Positions 50,143 to 62,279 of a DNA stretch of 64,000 nucleotides are shown in pieces. The notes under the pieces were generated by a model, which did no database searches, had not been told where the DNA came from, and was given only the letters and a program-made list of their open reading frames with translations. Numbering within the stretch: position 1 is the first letter of the stretch; each line of letters begins with the position of its first letter. The DNA comes from Mytilus trossulus (Eukaryota), in the NCBI RefSeq assembly GCF_036588685.1, contig NC_086378.1:84878001-84942000 (forward strand). Direction: 5' to 3'. The position numbers and the translations under genes are program-made.

Positions 50143-53019
50143 TTAGTTCCGACGCAAAGACCTTATCATTGACTCAATATTAACGCCAAAATATGCAATC
50201 TTTAATGACTTGACAACAGTATCGTAATTATATCCCTTCTTAATCAGTCTATTTAAAGGTTTTGTAAGTTTCTGAGGTGAATACTGACATCTTTGTGCTT
50301 TATAAAGAATATTTCCATAAAAAATTGGATGTGAAATACCCGAACGTATAAAAAGTCTGCATGTTGAGCTATATTTACGAATGATGTCTTTATACCGATG
50401 ATAAAATTTAGTAAACGTTTTGACTAGTTTGTGATATCGAAAACCCTGGTGTAATAATTTTTCAGTAATACATAAATTTCTCTCGTTAAAATCTAAAACA
50501 TTGTTACAAACACGAGCGAATCGTACAAGTTGAGATATATAAACACCGTAAGATGGTGACAAGGGAACGTCACCATCTAAAAACGGATAATTAACGATAG
50601 GAAATGAAAAATCATCCCTTTTATCATAAATTTTAGTATTCAGCTTTCCGTTAGTGATATAGATATCAAGATCGAGGAAAGGGCAGTGGTCATTATTAGT
50701 ATTAGCTTTATTTAAAGTAAGTTCAGCAGGATAAATTTCATTAATATACATACTGAAGTCGTCATTATTGAGAGCCAAAATATCATCCAAATATCTAAAA
50801 GTATTATTAAATTTGTTTATCAGATGTTGTTTTGATGGGTCTTTGCTTATTTTTGTCATAAATTGTAACTCATAACAATACAAAAAGAGGTCCGCAATAA
50901 GTGGTGCACAGTTAGTCCCCATTGGAATTCCGATAATCTGACGATATACGGAATCCCCAAAGCGAACAAAAATGTTATCTAGTAAAAATTCAAGGGCATA
51001 TATAGTATCAAAGCAGGTCCAATTAAGTTTTTTTGTTTATTGCAACTAAAAAATGAACTAAAAGAGTTTGAACATATATATTCACATTCTGATTTTTTTT
51101 GAATGCCCATTTAATTAGGTGTGTGAATTTTTTTCTTAATGAGAATGTGAGGCAATGTGGTATACAGGGTAGAAAAATCAAAACTTTGAACAGATTCAAA
51201 ATCACCAATATGAGCATGCAATCTATCAAGTACTTCCAACGAGTTCTTGACACTCCAAAAGTAATTTATTCCCCTATTTTCGAAGGCCATATTTGAACAA
51301 TTTATTATAAGGTTTTTAATTGTACCAAGTGTGCTGGTAAGAAGAAGAGACAATTTAGTAGTTGAACAATGGCTTGAAGACGAAATAAATCTATATTTGT
51401 AAGGGGTTTTGTGTAGCTTCGGAAGCCAATACATAGTTGGGACTTTCATTGTATTTGGCTCTGATTGTAAAGCGGTGGCTAAAAGTTTATGTTTGTTACA
51501 GATTTCGTTTTCTAAAAATGGAGTCAGTTGGAATGTTGGTGAATTGGTGATTTCCCTTTTCAGAACCTCAATGTAAAATTTTACGTCAAACAATAGTAAT
51601 ATTATTAGCAGCTTTATCGGCCGGGACAAAAACAAATTCCTTGGCTAGTTCTTTTAGTTTATGTTTGATACGAGAAATAGGTTTATTGTGGTTATTGTTA
51701 ATAGTAAAATGCTCTTTAAAATGTTGAATACGTATATCAACTATCTTCATTACTGAATTAAAAAAAGAGTCCAAAGATTTTTTGTCAGCTTTTTCCCGTT
51801 TTATCCATTTCATACAGTAAGTATGGAGTGAGTCGTGGATGATATTACGACACTCATTCCAATTAATAATTGACGGGGGACGATATTTAGGTCCTTTACT
51901 GGGGAATGATTTTAACTCTCGGTCTTGAACGTTGTTAAGATCTCCTGTTATAACATGGGAAATGGGTCCATAAATATATGCGGAATTACTGCAATTACAC
52001 GACGTAGGTGTATTTTCACTGATATTAACATCTTTACACAATTGACTATAATTAAACACAAATTTCCGGGTAGATTTCTTGTAAATATAACAAATAAGAG
52101 GTAGCTCAGTATTGTCAAAATAACCAGGAATTTGTTCTTTAACAGAATGGTCGTTAAATATACCGGCAATATTTACAAAATCAAAGCCTTTATTGACATA
52201 CTTAATTTTAATAAAATGTTTTTTATGATCTTCAGGGCGATCAATTTTGGGAAATAATTTAGAATAACAATATGCCATAATAATTTGAACAATTTCATAC
52301 TTAGGACTGCTATATGAAATTGTGTTGCAATCCTCCAAAATTTTATTTAACTTATTAACCGGTAACGAACAGAGTTTTGTTAACAGATAATGTCTGCCGT
52401 TGTTTTTTGAAATAGAAATTAGGTCCGAAATATTGGTATGATTGGCCCGAAATTTTCTTTGATTGCGATTTGTTCTACGAACAGTTTTAGAAACTATATC
52501 CAAAATGTTAACGGAATTGGTTCTAGATATATTACCAATTCCCATGATATTATCATTTAGACCGAGAGGGTAAACTGTCTGTAATTTTTTAATCCAATTT
52601 AATTCAATTATTTTCCGTGATCGTACAAACTTTGAATGCGATTCACCAGGCTGCTTATTTACTACTTCTAAAGGTTGAACTGCTAAATATTTAAACGGAT
52701 GGTTGTGCTTCTTAAGGTGTTGGTAAATGATATTTTTGAATTTATTTGGTCTTTTAAAACGATACAGATGTTCTTGAGTGCGTTTAGATAAATATCGCCC
52801 AGTTTCTCCTACGTACTGAATACCACACCCCGGTTTGTTTCATGTGAGTAAATAAATAATACTGTTTGTTTTTCAAGTTATATCAGTTTCGAAATTTAAA
52901 GAAAATGTGCGACCATTAAACGTGGACCTTACCGTATTGTTGGTGGAAAGACGGGGACATGTAAGTCATTTTTTGGCATGACACTTATCGATAGAAGGGT
53001 AACCACGATTTTTATTGTT
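50143..53019 (-). pseudogene. GIY-YIG-RT polyprotein with four in-frame UGA (putative Sec) codons; interrupted by short indels
   Basis: CHAKK-U-LTC, DIT-U-KTNSIIYLLT-U-NKPGCGIQYVGET...KRTQEH...ELNWIKKLQTVYPLGLND, in frame with ORF 51586-52545; DKAANNITIV-U-RK; YWLPKLHK, SFDFSTLYT, MGTNCAP, YLDD; TAA at 50143. Confidence 0.85.
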
Positions 53020-53272
53020 AAAAATGTTATATACACATTACTACCTAACTGAAAGACTACAAGTGTCCGGTGTCAAAGTAATATATCAAGCTCTATTTCA
53101 TGAAAAGACTATAATTGATATGAATAAATCGGATCATCACAATCAAAAATCGGCCATCAATACAAAATGTGTCGTTATAACAGAAACACACATTTATATA
53201 CTTGTAACACAAAACACAGCCACTGGTCATGTACTGGACAACCTCTTCACCTTATTCTCATTATTGTTCCAG

Positions 53273-53502
53273 ATGTTCCAGATTCTAAGAAGTTTGATGT
53301 TACTTTGATGATATTACTACTTAGACATCTGACGTCATTGACCCCTCCTAATGGTGGATATGACAGACTGCCTTTATCATCAGAAACTACACCTGCTGCT
53401 GACCTCGCCAGAATCAAGTTTTATAGAAACGTCATGGCTCATCTAGATGATGGTAAAATAGACAGTACAGAGTTCTCTGCAGCATGGGATGATGTTACTG
53501 GT
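53273..53502 (+). CDS. Exon 2 of HEPN-STAND-ankyrin gene (HEPN catalytic half)
   Basis: Acceptor TTGTTCCAG (53271-53272), phase 1; DVPDSKKFDVTLMILLLRHL...ADLARIKFYRNVMAH (RxxxxH)...WDDVTG; donor GTAAGC at 53503. Confidence 0.9.
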
Positions 53503-53799
53503 GTAAGCATTTAGAACATTTTTTAATTATTTATCATAAATACTTTGTAAGCCAACCTATTATACGTGTGAGCGACTGTCATCAATTCACGTACATAGTC
53601 GTTGTTCGTCGTTATAGACATTTTCCAAAATATTTTCTTTGGACCAATTATAAAAACGCGATCATACTTGTTGAATTATCCTTCAAGTATTGGGCAAAGA
53701 ATACTGAACTACGTCGAAAATTCAAATCGAATAGTCTCTAATCAAATGGTAAAATCAAAAGCTCAAACGCATCAAGCACATCAAACGAATGGATAACAA

Positions 53800-54300
53800 C
53801 TTTTTTCCAATTGTGAACTTTCCATTTCTAACTCCCAATTGATACGATATTCCCGTGCTTGCATTTCCTATCATGATTTTCTTGATAGAGGTTTGTTGCT
53901 CACAATCTCTTCGTAAATTTTACGGACGCCATCACGAGTTGGTTGACCGTTATGGAATAACCGTTTCACAAATGATATTGGATATGTTCCTTACGTCGTA
54001 ACTACAATCTCCTTCCCTTTTCTCGGAGTTCAGTATTTTTGTGTTTTTACTTTTTTCATAAATTTGACCTACCCAATTAGACTAGCTACCTGATTTGTAA
54101 TCTCATAAGCAACACGACGGGTGCAACATGATCACCCCTAATTTTTTGTGGGGTTCGTGTTGTTAATTCTTTAGTTTTCTATGGTGTGGCATGCGTACTA
54201 TTGTTTGTCTGTTTGTCCTTTTCATTTTTAACCATGGATTTGTCAGTTTATTTTCAATTTATGAGTTTGACTGTCCCTCTGGTATCTTTCGTCCCTCTTT
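53800..54300 (+). mobile_element. Internally deleted 3' fragment of PLE family A
   Basis: Matches ~4407-4990 with deletions. Confidence 0.8.
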
Positions 54301-57300
54301 CATATTCCTGACTTGGTACAGGCATTTTCTTATATAGGAAATGGTAAATTAAACCTGGTTTCATAGCTAGCTAAACCTTTCACTTGTTTGACAGTCGCGT
54401 CAAATTCCATTATATTGACAACGATGTGTGAACAAAACAAACAGACATAATAGGTAAAAATGTCAATAATAGGGGTACAGCAGTCAACATTGTGTTATAA
54501 TATTAATCACTATAAGAGCAAAACAATATGTAACAAAGAAACACACAAATGCATATGAACAAAGCACATTAGCAAAACTGAAAGGCAAGAATACAATAAT
54601 TTACAATTATAGCACAATAACACAATAATATAATGACGGGGTGTATAAGTACAGAGACACGTCATGGGTATCACAGAATAGGAAGTACATCACTATTTCA
54701 TGGTCCCATTGCTTTCTATGTTAAATATCTCCGTTTCAAGCAGGCACACCTCTTTTGTTTTAAGTTCAAAAAAAGTGTCTAAACCACACCGGCAAAAATT
54801 GTTCGGACTCGATGATATCTAACATCCGGCACAATGACGGAACATCAATTAACAGAAGAAAGATAGGTATCTCCTTATTTCTTATTTTGTTTAATGATAT
54901 CGAAGAACATATATACATATACAACTATTTTCTATTGTTAGGTGTAATATTTTCTACAACCGTTCTATATTAACGGAGAAATAAGTAAAATGCACGTCAA
55001 AATGACGAATTGAGTGAACCTTGCCTCGAAATTGTTTAATTTTTCGTTAAATTGTTCACATTGTACGGAAAGAAAGGTACGGGAAGATAGATACTGACAC
55101 GGAAGTAACAAAACTTGTCATTATGAACATCTCAATACTTGTATTTCTGTGTATGGAACGCAATGAATGGGTCATGACAAATTAAAATACACTGGTTTTG
55201 TCAATGTTGTTTACTACACAATCACCCGGTTTCGTCTATATATATCACCCGGGTTTTGTTTTTTTAAACCAACAATTTATGGAAAGCAACGTTAACATGG
55301 ATCTAAACATTGTCTTTTGAAAGACTTTGAATATATATTTATTGTAAAGTAAACTTGGCGTGTTTAATTTATTTTAAACGGGCACTTTTGGACATCGGTA
55401 CTTATAGTAATACACATTTTCCTAATGAAAGGCGTATCCCTTATTTCACTTATCTTCAAACTAATTTCAAATGGAATATAAATACTCAAAAGCAAACACT
55501 GATATCTAATTATTTTATAACATTATGATATTTTTTTATATAGGTTTTGAGATACATCGCAATATGTGATCCCCTTTTTTTTTACCAAAAAAATAATTAA
55601 CGCGTTAACAAAATTTAAAAAAATCACCAAAAAGTATGCAGAAGATAAGATTTATATAACTAAGAAGTATGTAAAGTTTGATGCAATAATGATAAATCGT
55701 TTTTGAGATATGGCGCGACATGTTAAAAACCCACACTCCTGTTTTACTTACAAAGTCCTGTAACTCAAAAAGATTTAATTTGATTTTCACTAAAAGGTTT
55801 ACAGATCGTTTGACCATTATAAGAAATAACTTTGTTAAGTTTCATGAAAATTATATAAGCTGTAACTGTTCTCAAGTTACGGAGCGACATGTTTACGCTG
55901 GACAGACGGATAGACAGATAGGTAGACGGACGGACGGACAGCATAACTGATAGATGGAGGAACGGACGGATGGAAGGAAGGACAGACGGGCGTGTAAAAA
56001 CGCAAAGAAATGAAATAAAACCTCTTAATTAAAGGTCAATAAGTTTTATAATGATATCGGCCAAGTTGACTTATTTGTATATCTTGTCTACCTATATCAT
56101 TTTTGCTATTTTACTTTTATATGTTTGAAAATAATAGATAGAAATTGATAAAAAGAACTTGAAATTCGTCATTTAAGGGCAATGCAATAACTCCTTTAAG
56201 AAGTAATGTGAGAATTTTGAAGTAAATGGACATATGGTAGATCTCAACATTTTGAAGATAATCATCTGCCCTTTTCGAATTTTCTTTGTCTTTGGCTGTT
56301 TTTAAATAATTGACATCATGCACTTGCATGTCCCCCTATGTTTATTTTTTAGCCATGACGGCCATCTTGGTTGACAAGCGGGGTTACAATAAACTTAGAT
56401 ACCCTTATTATAATTTAAAAAGACATATGATTTTAGATAAGGTTTGTTAAATGCAGCCTAGTAATTTTAGATGTAAAAATGTATGTAAAAAATTGTATTG
56501 AAAGATAATGAACGACAGTCGACCGGTATCAAGTGATGAAAAAATGAAATGACCTTTTCATTGTCAACCTTTTCATTGTCAAGCTGTCGACCTGTCGATT
56601 TTAACACTTGTCGACCTTTTCATTGTCAACCTGTCGACCTGTCGACCTGTTAATATGTCAAAATATATATATATACATGTAAACCGATTTACTTCTAATT
56701 TAAACCAATTTACTCCTATTTTCTTCCGATGGAACTACAGTACCGTATATCCTACTTGACCCAAAATTTTATGAACGAGATAACTTGATCGGACATAGCA
56801 AACAACTTCACTGGCGTTTTTTTTCAACAACAACAAAAAAAGAAATATTATTTATACTTAAGCGTATACGCACTGACATGTCACAAATGCTTATATGATC
56901 GCAGTTGCAGTCAAACCTTCTAACTTTTGACATATGCAGCTTGATACAAATAGTTCCAAACGCTATGAATTCGAATCACTTAGTCTCGCTTGTTTAAAAA
57001 TATCAATGAGAATGTTTATAATAAACATAATCAAACTCACATAATCCGTTTTCGCGGGTGTCCCTGTTTTCTTATTTCTTACAATATCTTAATTCAGTAT
57101 ACACATTATAAGATAAGTGGCGAATCTAGGAGACGTATAGGTTGCACGCCCCCGACCCAACCTTTGATTGTCAAAACTATATTGATTCATGTATTTAACG
57201 ATTTTTTAAAGCAAAAAATAGTGAACATATTGTTCAACTTGCTACGCTCGGAGTATGTCAAAGCTGTTCGAATTACGTCCACTTTGAAATAACATGAATC

Positions 57301-57859
57301 CGTCTGTCCGTATATATTGTCAAAATATATTGACCAACGTCAGTGTACGATCACCATAACACACAGTACAGACCCGTTTTTTTATAGTTAGGTTAACCAT
57401 AGAAGTAATATTTAAATATTACTTCCATGGGTTAACAAAATAATTATTATTGAATTTTGTCGATCTATATAGGAACAACACTATAATCCATATCCCTTTG
57501 TTTGTTATATTAAATACTGCAATTCCAAGCATTCATAACGATTTTGCCTTACGTTTAAATAAAGCAATAGTAATTTCAGGTCAAACCTATTTCTCAAACC
57601 TTTAAATGCATATAAGGGCACTAGTTTCGAAAAATTGGTAGTACAAAAACATGTACTTCTAGTCTCAGCTACGGGGCACATTTTCCTCCTGTGTTCATTT
57701 CACATATCTTTTTATTATTCAAAAGGAAATTTTAACAAGTGTTCTACAGAAATTCAAAAATTGTAAGCTTACATTTGATACCAAGAGTACCCAAATATTT
57801 TACATTTTGACAAAGTAACAGCTATGCGCAGGAATTTATTTGTTTAAACTAAGATCTAC

Positions 57860-58430
57860 TTTTTGATAGATGATCTTTTTGACCGAGCCATTTAGTGTTT
57901 ATATACCTGTAGCAACATTCAAGCAGCGCCTACATATGGAGTATTCCAGGACTTGTTCTTCACATTATGATTTCCTTGAAAGAGGCAAGGAAATTGTTAA
58001 AACAAGATCTAGAGTTTCAAGGGATTAATTTGAAAACTTCCCTTCATAATTTTATCGGAAGCCATCTCGAAATGGTTGACCGTTACGGAACAACTGTTTA
58101 AACAGATGCGGACATATATATATTCCAGCTGTCGTAACTACAACCACGTTCTCTATTTCCCGAATGTGACTTAAATAAGACATTTTACAGGGTTTGTACT
58201 TTCTTTAGCGCTGATTGTCACAAGAGAATCAGGATCTGCTTGCTTTTCCAGAGCACCCAAGATCACCCTCGGTTTTAAGCGGGGTTTGTGTTGCTCAGTC
58301 TTTTATTGTATTTTATTGTTTTATGAATATTGTTTGTCTTATGGTCTTTTTTTTTCTTTTTCGCAAACAGCGTTGTCTTGTTCGACTGACGAGTTTGAAT
58401 GTCCTTTTGGTATCTTTTGCCTCTCTATTG
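57860..58430 (+). mobile_element. Old, highly diverged 3' fragment of a family-A-related PLE
   Basis: Remnants of SNIQAAPTYG, GTTGACCGTTACGGAA and the UTR core GATCTGCTTGC...GAGCACC. Confidence 0.55.
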
Positions 58431-58543
58431 TTTTTATCTCTATCGATTTGTGAGTTTCTAACAGTGGTATACTATTGTTGCCTTAATAAATCGATTAAGC
58501 ATCTAGTAACCAATTATGTAACACTTTCTGTCTACATTTGTAG

Positions 58544-58733
58544 GCCATATATAGATTAGGTGGGCAGAATATGAAGCAGGAGTGTGATTATGCGAGAACA
58601 AAATCGTTAGACCGAAGTTACCAAGAGATACTGTTAGAGATCAAGCATTCAAATGAAGCGATACGGGAATTGAATAATTCAGTTGAGTGTTTGCAAAAGT
58701 CAAGTAAAGATACAGTTCCCTGGAATATTAGAG
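58544..58733 (+). CDS. Exon 3 of HEPN-STAND-ankyrin gene (end of HEPN and coiled-coil linker)
   Basis: Acceptor TTTGTAG, phase 0; AIYRLGGQNMKQECD...EAIRELNNSVECLQKSSKDTVPWNIR; phase-1 donor G|GTAAAT at 58734. Confidence 0.85.
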
Positions 58734-60619
58734 GTAAATCTTTGTTTTTAAGACGAAGGATGTGTTGTATTCTTCACTCTCTGAGAGAGCTATTTTATCT
58801 GTGAAATATATTACGAATTCAAATAAATACTGGAAAGTCTTTTGTGTCAGTATTACGTAATGTCAGATGTATTTCAACTCAAGCCACCTAGATGTGAATG
58901 TTTAAGTGAGTTTTGGGGGTTATTTGGATGCTTCGTAAGAGATTCAATCTATGTTTACAATCAAAACTGGAAGCCGTGGGTGATACCCTTGAAGTCAGGC
59001 GTGCTAATTATTTAATTCATCTGACATTTTATAGTACAAAAATCAAGAAAAGAATAAATAAGAAGTTTATTTATTTGACACTGTAAAGGGTCTTTTTTAT
59101 TAACTTTTATACTGAACCTTTTAAATGTGACAGTAGTTAGTTATGCTAGCAGATACAGTCATCTGCATGATCATTTTGAATAGTACGTCCAAACAAGTGA
59201 CAATAGAGAATATGTCAAAGGATACAACCCGACAAAATACAGTCCAAAGCCACCAATGAGTCTACTATATATTAGATTTATGAATAACATTTCTTTTAAT
59301 TACCAAACGTGACTTGTTCCCGATTGTGACTGTTTAGCTGAGTGTGAATTCGCATTGCTATAAGACGTGTTACGGTACTTTTCTATCCCAAATTCATGTA
59401 TTTAGTTTTGATGTTATATTTGTAATTCTCATCGGATTTTGTCAAATGTCTTGACGTCTTTTCGGTTATATTCATGTGTTATGTTAAAGAAAATTAATCA
59501 CCGCCTTCATTTATTAGATTCGATTTGGTTCAACATAATTTGTACGATGTATTACGGTTGCAGTTTGATTATAAATTGACCGGACATAGAATATAGGTAA
59601 TTGTCTAATTGCCACCTCAGTTTGATACTAATAAGTAATGCAAAATTATTTATTGTGTACATGTATCGTTACTCGAACCGATACAGCGTCCTCGTAAGAA
59701 AGATCATTGACCTATATCCAGATGTGTTATATATTTTTTTTTTTAAGGAATGTAGAAATATGATAATGTGACGGATGTTCATTCTCAAGATAAAGTGTGA
59801 AGTTGTAGTCATATCAACTTGAAACGTAGTTGTGAAGTGATTGGTTTCAACTATTGTGTACTGATTTCACAACTACAAGCACATGGGGAAATTTTAGTGT
59901 GAACAGGACATTGTGTTCTATGGACAACAATTTTTGTTTTGGAAATCAGTGAAATAGCGTGTAACTCAGTCTTTGTATACTTTCTCACCTCTCTCAGAAC
60001 TTCTTTGTCAAGTAGAGTTTTTCGCTATTTGACATGGCGTTTTCAGTTTATCTCGACCTATGTGTTTTGAAGTCTACTTACATTCAAATCATCGGCCTTA
60101 GTATAACATTCATGTGCTTTTTAGAAAGGTCCAAGGAAATACCATTTCCTATTAAAAAAATATATACTTGTGCCAAAAAGATATATCCTCATAATGTACA
60201 ATTTATTAATGTCAATGTACAAAGTGAACTCCACTAAGCATACACTGGGACATTGATTATTCAATGTGAAAGTCGGTTTACGGACACAGTTTCTGTATTA
60301 AACGAGCGGAGAAAGATAGCAGATGGACATTTAAACTCATTAGTCGAAAATAAACTGAAAACGCCATAGCTTACAAAGTAAGAAAAAAAAGCTACAGAAA
60401 AACAATAGTTAACAAAACACAACACAGAAAACTTAGGACGACTGAATGCACGAACCCCTATAAAAACGATGGTGATGGCAAATAATAAATTTCTATTCAC
60501 AATAATGAGTTTATTACATAGATATTCTTTTTATGAAGTCATACATTTCACGAGAAATCGCAGTCTTTCACATCAAAAACCTTTTGTATGGCTCCATATG
60601 CACATTACCCACCATCTTA

Positions 60620-61417
60620 TTAGCTCACCTGGCCCAAAGGGCCAAGTGAGCTTTTCTCATCACTTGGCGTCCGTCGTCCGTCGTCGTCCGTCGTCGACGT
60701 CCGTCGTCGTTAGCTTTTACAAAAATCTTCTCCTCTGAAACTACTGGGCCAAATTATACCAAACTTAGCCACAATCATTATTGGGGTATCTAGTTTAAAA
60801 AATTTGTGGGGTGACCTGGCCAACCAACCAAGATGGCTTACACAGCTAAAAATAGAACATAGGGGTAAAATGCAGTTTTTGGCTCATAACTCAAAAACTA
60901 AAGCATTTAGAGCAAATCTGACGTGGGATAAATTGTTTATCAGGTCAAGATCTATCTGCCCTTAAATTTTCAGATTGATCGGACAACCCGTTGTTAAGTT
61001 GCTGCCCCTGAATTGGTAATTTTAAGGAATTTTTGCCGTTTTTTGTTATTATTTTGAATATTATTATAGATAGAGATAAACTGTAAACAGCAATAATTTA
61101 CAGCAAAGTAAGACCTTGAAATAAGTCAACATGACCAAAATGGTCAATTGACCCCTAAGGAGTTATTGTCCTTAATAGTCAATTTTTAACAATTTTCATA
61201 AAATATGAAATTTTTACTAACATTTTCCACTGAAACTACTGGGCCAAGTTCATTATAGATAGGGATAATTGAAAGCAGCAAGAATGTTCAGTAAAGTAAG
61301 ATGTACAAACACATCACCATCATCAAAACACTATTTTGTCATGAATCCATCTGCGTCCTTTGTTTAATATTCACATAGACCAAGGTAAGCGACACAGGCT
61401 CTTTAGAGCCTCTAGTT
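60620..61417 (+). mobile_element. HINE-like (Helentron-associated) non-autonomous element
   Basis: 5' TTAGCTCACCTGGCCCAAAGGGCCAAGTGAGCT stem-loop, CGTC microsatellite, 3' GGTAAGCGACAC-AGGCTCTTTAGAGCCT-CTAGTT. Confidence 0.7.
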
Positions 61418-62279
61418 CATATTTAGTGGTATAAAATCATTAACGTGCATTTCATATACATTAAACTCACAGGTGGCGCTCGAATCAAAACAGTTAAGGT
61501 CAAAATGTATACGAAGTTAAAGAGCATTAAAAAAGGAAAATTACAGAAAGTTGTGCCAAACGTGGATTAAGGATGTATACCTCTGAGCTTGGGTTTAAAT
61601 ATCGGTAGGAAAATAACTTTCACTTAAAATTAAGTGGACCAATCTGATAGCATTTAACATAACAAATTGACCAATGAAATAAACAGGATTGGTTAAAAAA
61701 ATTGAAAATTTTGTTACTCAAAAATTACTTATTGCAAGTTCTTTATTTGTTCACAGAGATTCGTTTGATTATTATAGTAGTTTTTACTGTAATTTATATT
61801 TTCCACTTGTATCCCGGCCCATGTTTTGGAAATAATTTGATTACAAGATTTCATCAGAAACATCAGAGGAATACATCCTTTATTTATCTGATCTTGTATG
61901 CGGACAAACATAAGTGTTTGGCATAGTTATATATCATATAAACAGGAAATTACACAACATGAGTAATAATATTTTATGTCAATACAGAAATGTTGACTAC
62001 TAATTTGATAAGTCTCATGAGAGTTTCATCTACATGTCGTTTTTATATAGATTAGGCCGTTGGTGTCCTAATTGGATTGTTTTACACCAGTCATTTTATA
62101 GCTTGCTGTTCGGTGTGAGCCAGGGCTCCTTGTTGAACGCCGTACTTTGACCTCTAATTGTTTATTTTAACACATGGTGACTTGAATGGTGAGATGTCTC
62201 ATGCCACTTCTAATTTCTATTTAAAGCTCCACAGATGATGGAAATTAAATGTCTCAGGTGGGTTTTTTTTATATTTCAG

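Larger units (their letters stand above)
49505..53020 (-). mobile_element. Naiad-type Penelope-like retroelement (N-terminal GIY-YIG + RT), near full length, selenoprotein-type
   Basis: GIY-YIG upstream of RT; 3' UTR ~49505-50142 contains a SECIS; no in-frame ATG is visible at the 5' end (truncated or lesion). Confidence 0.9.
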
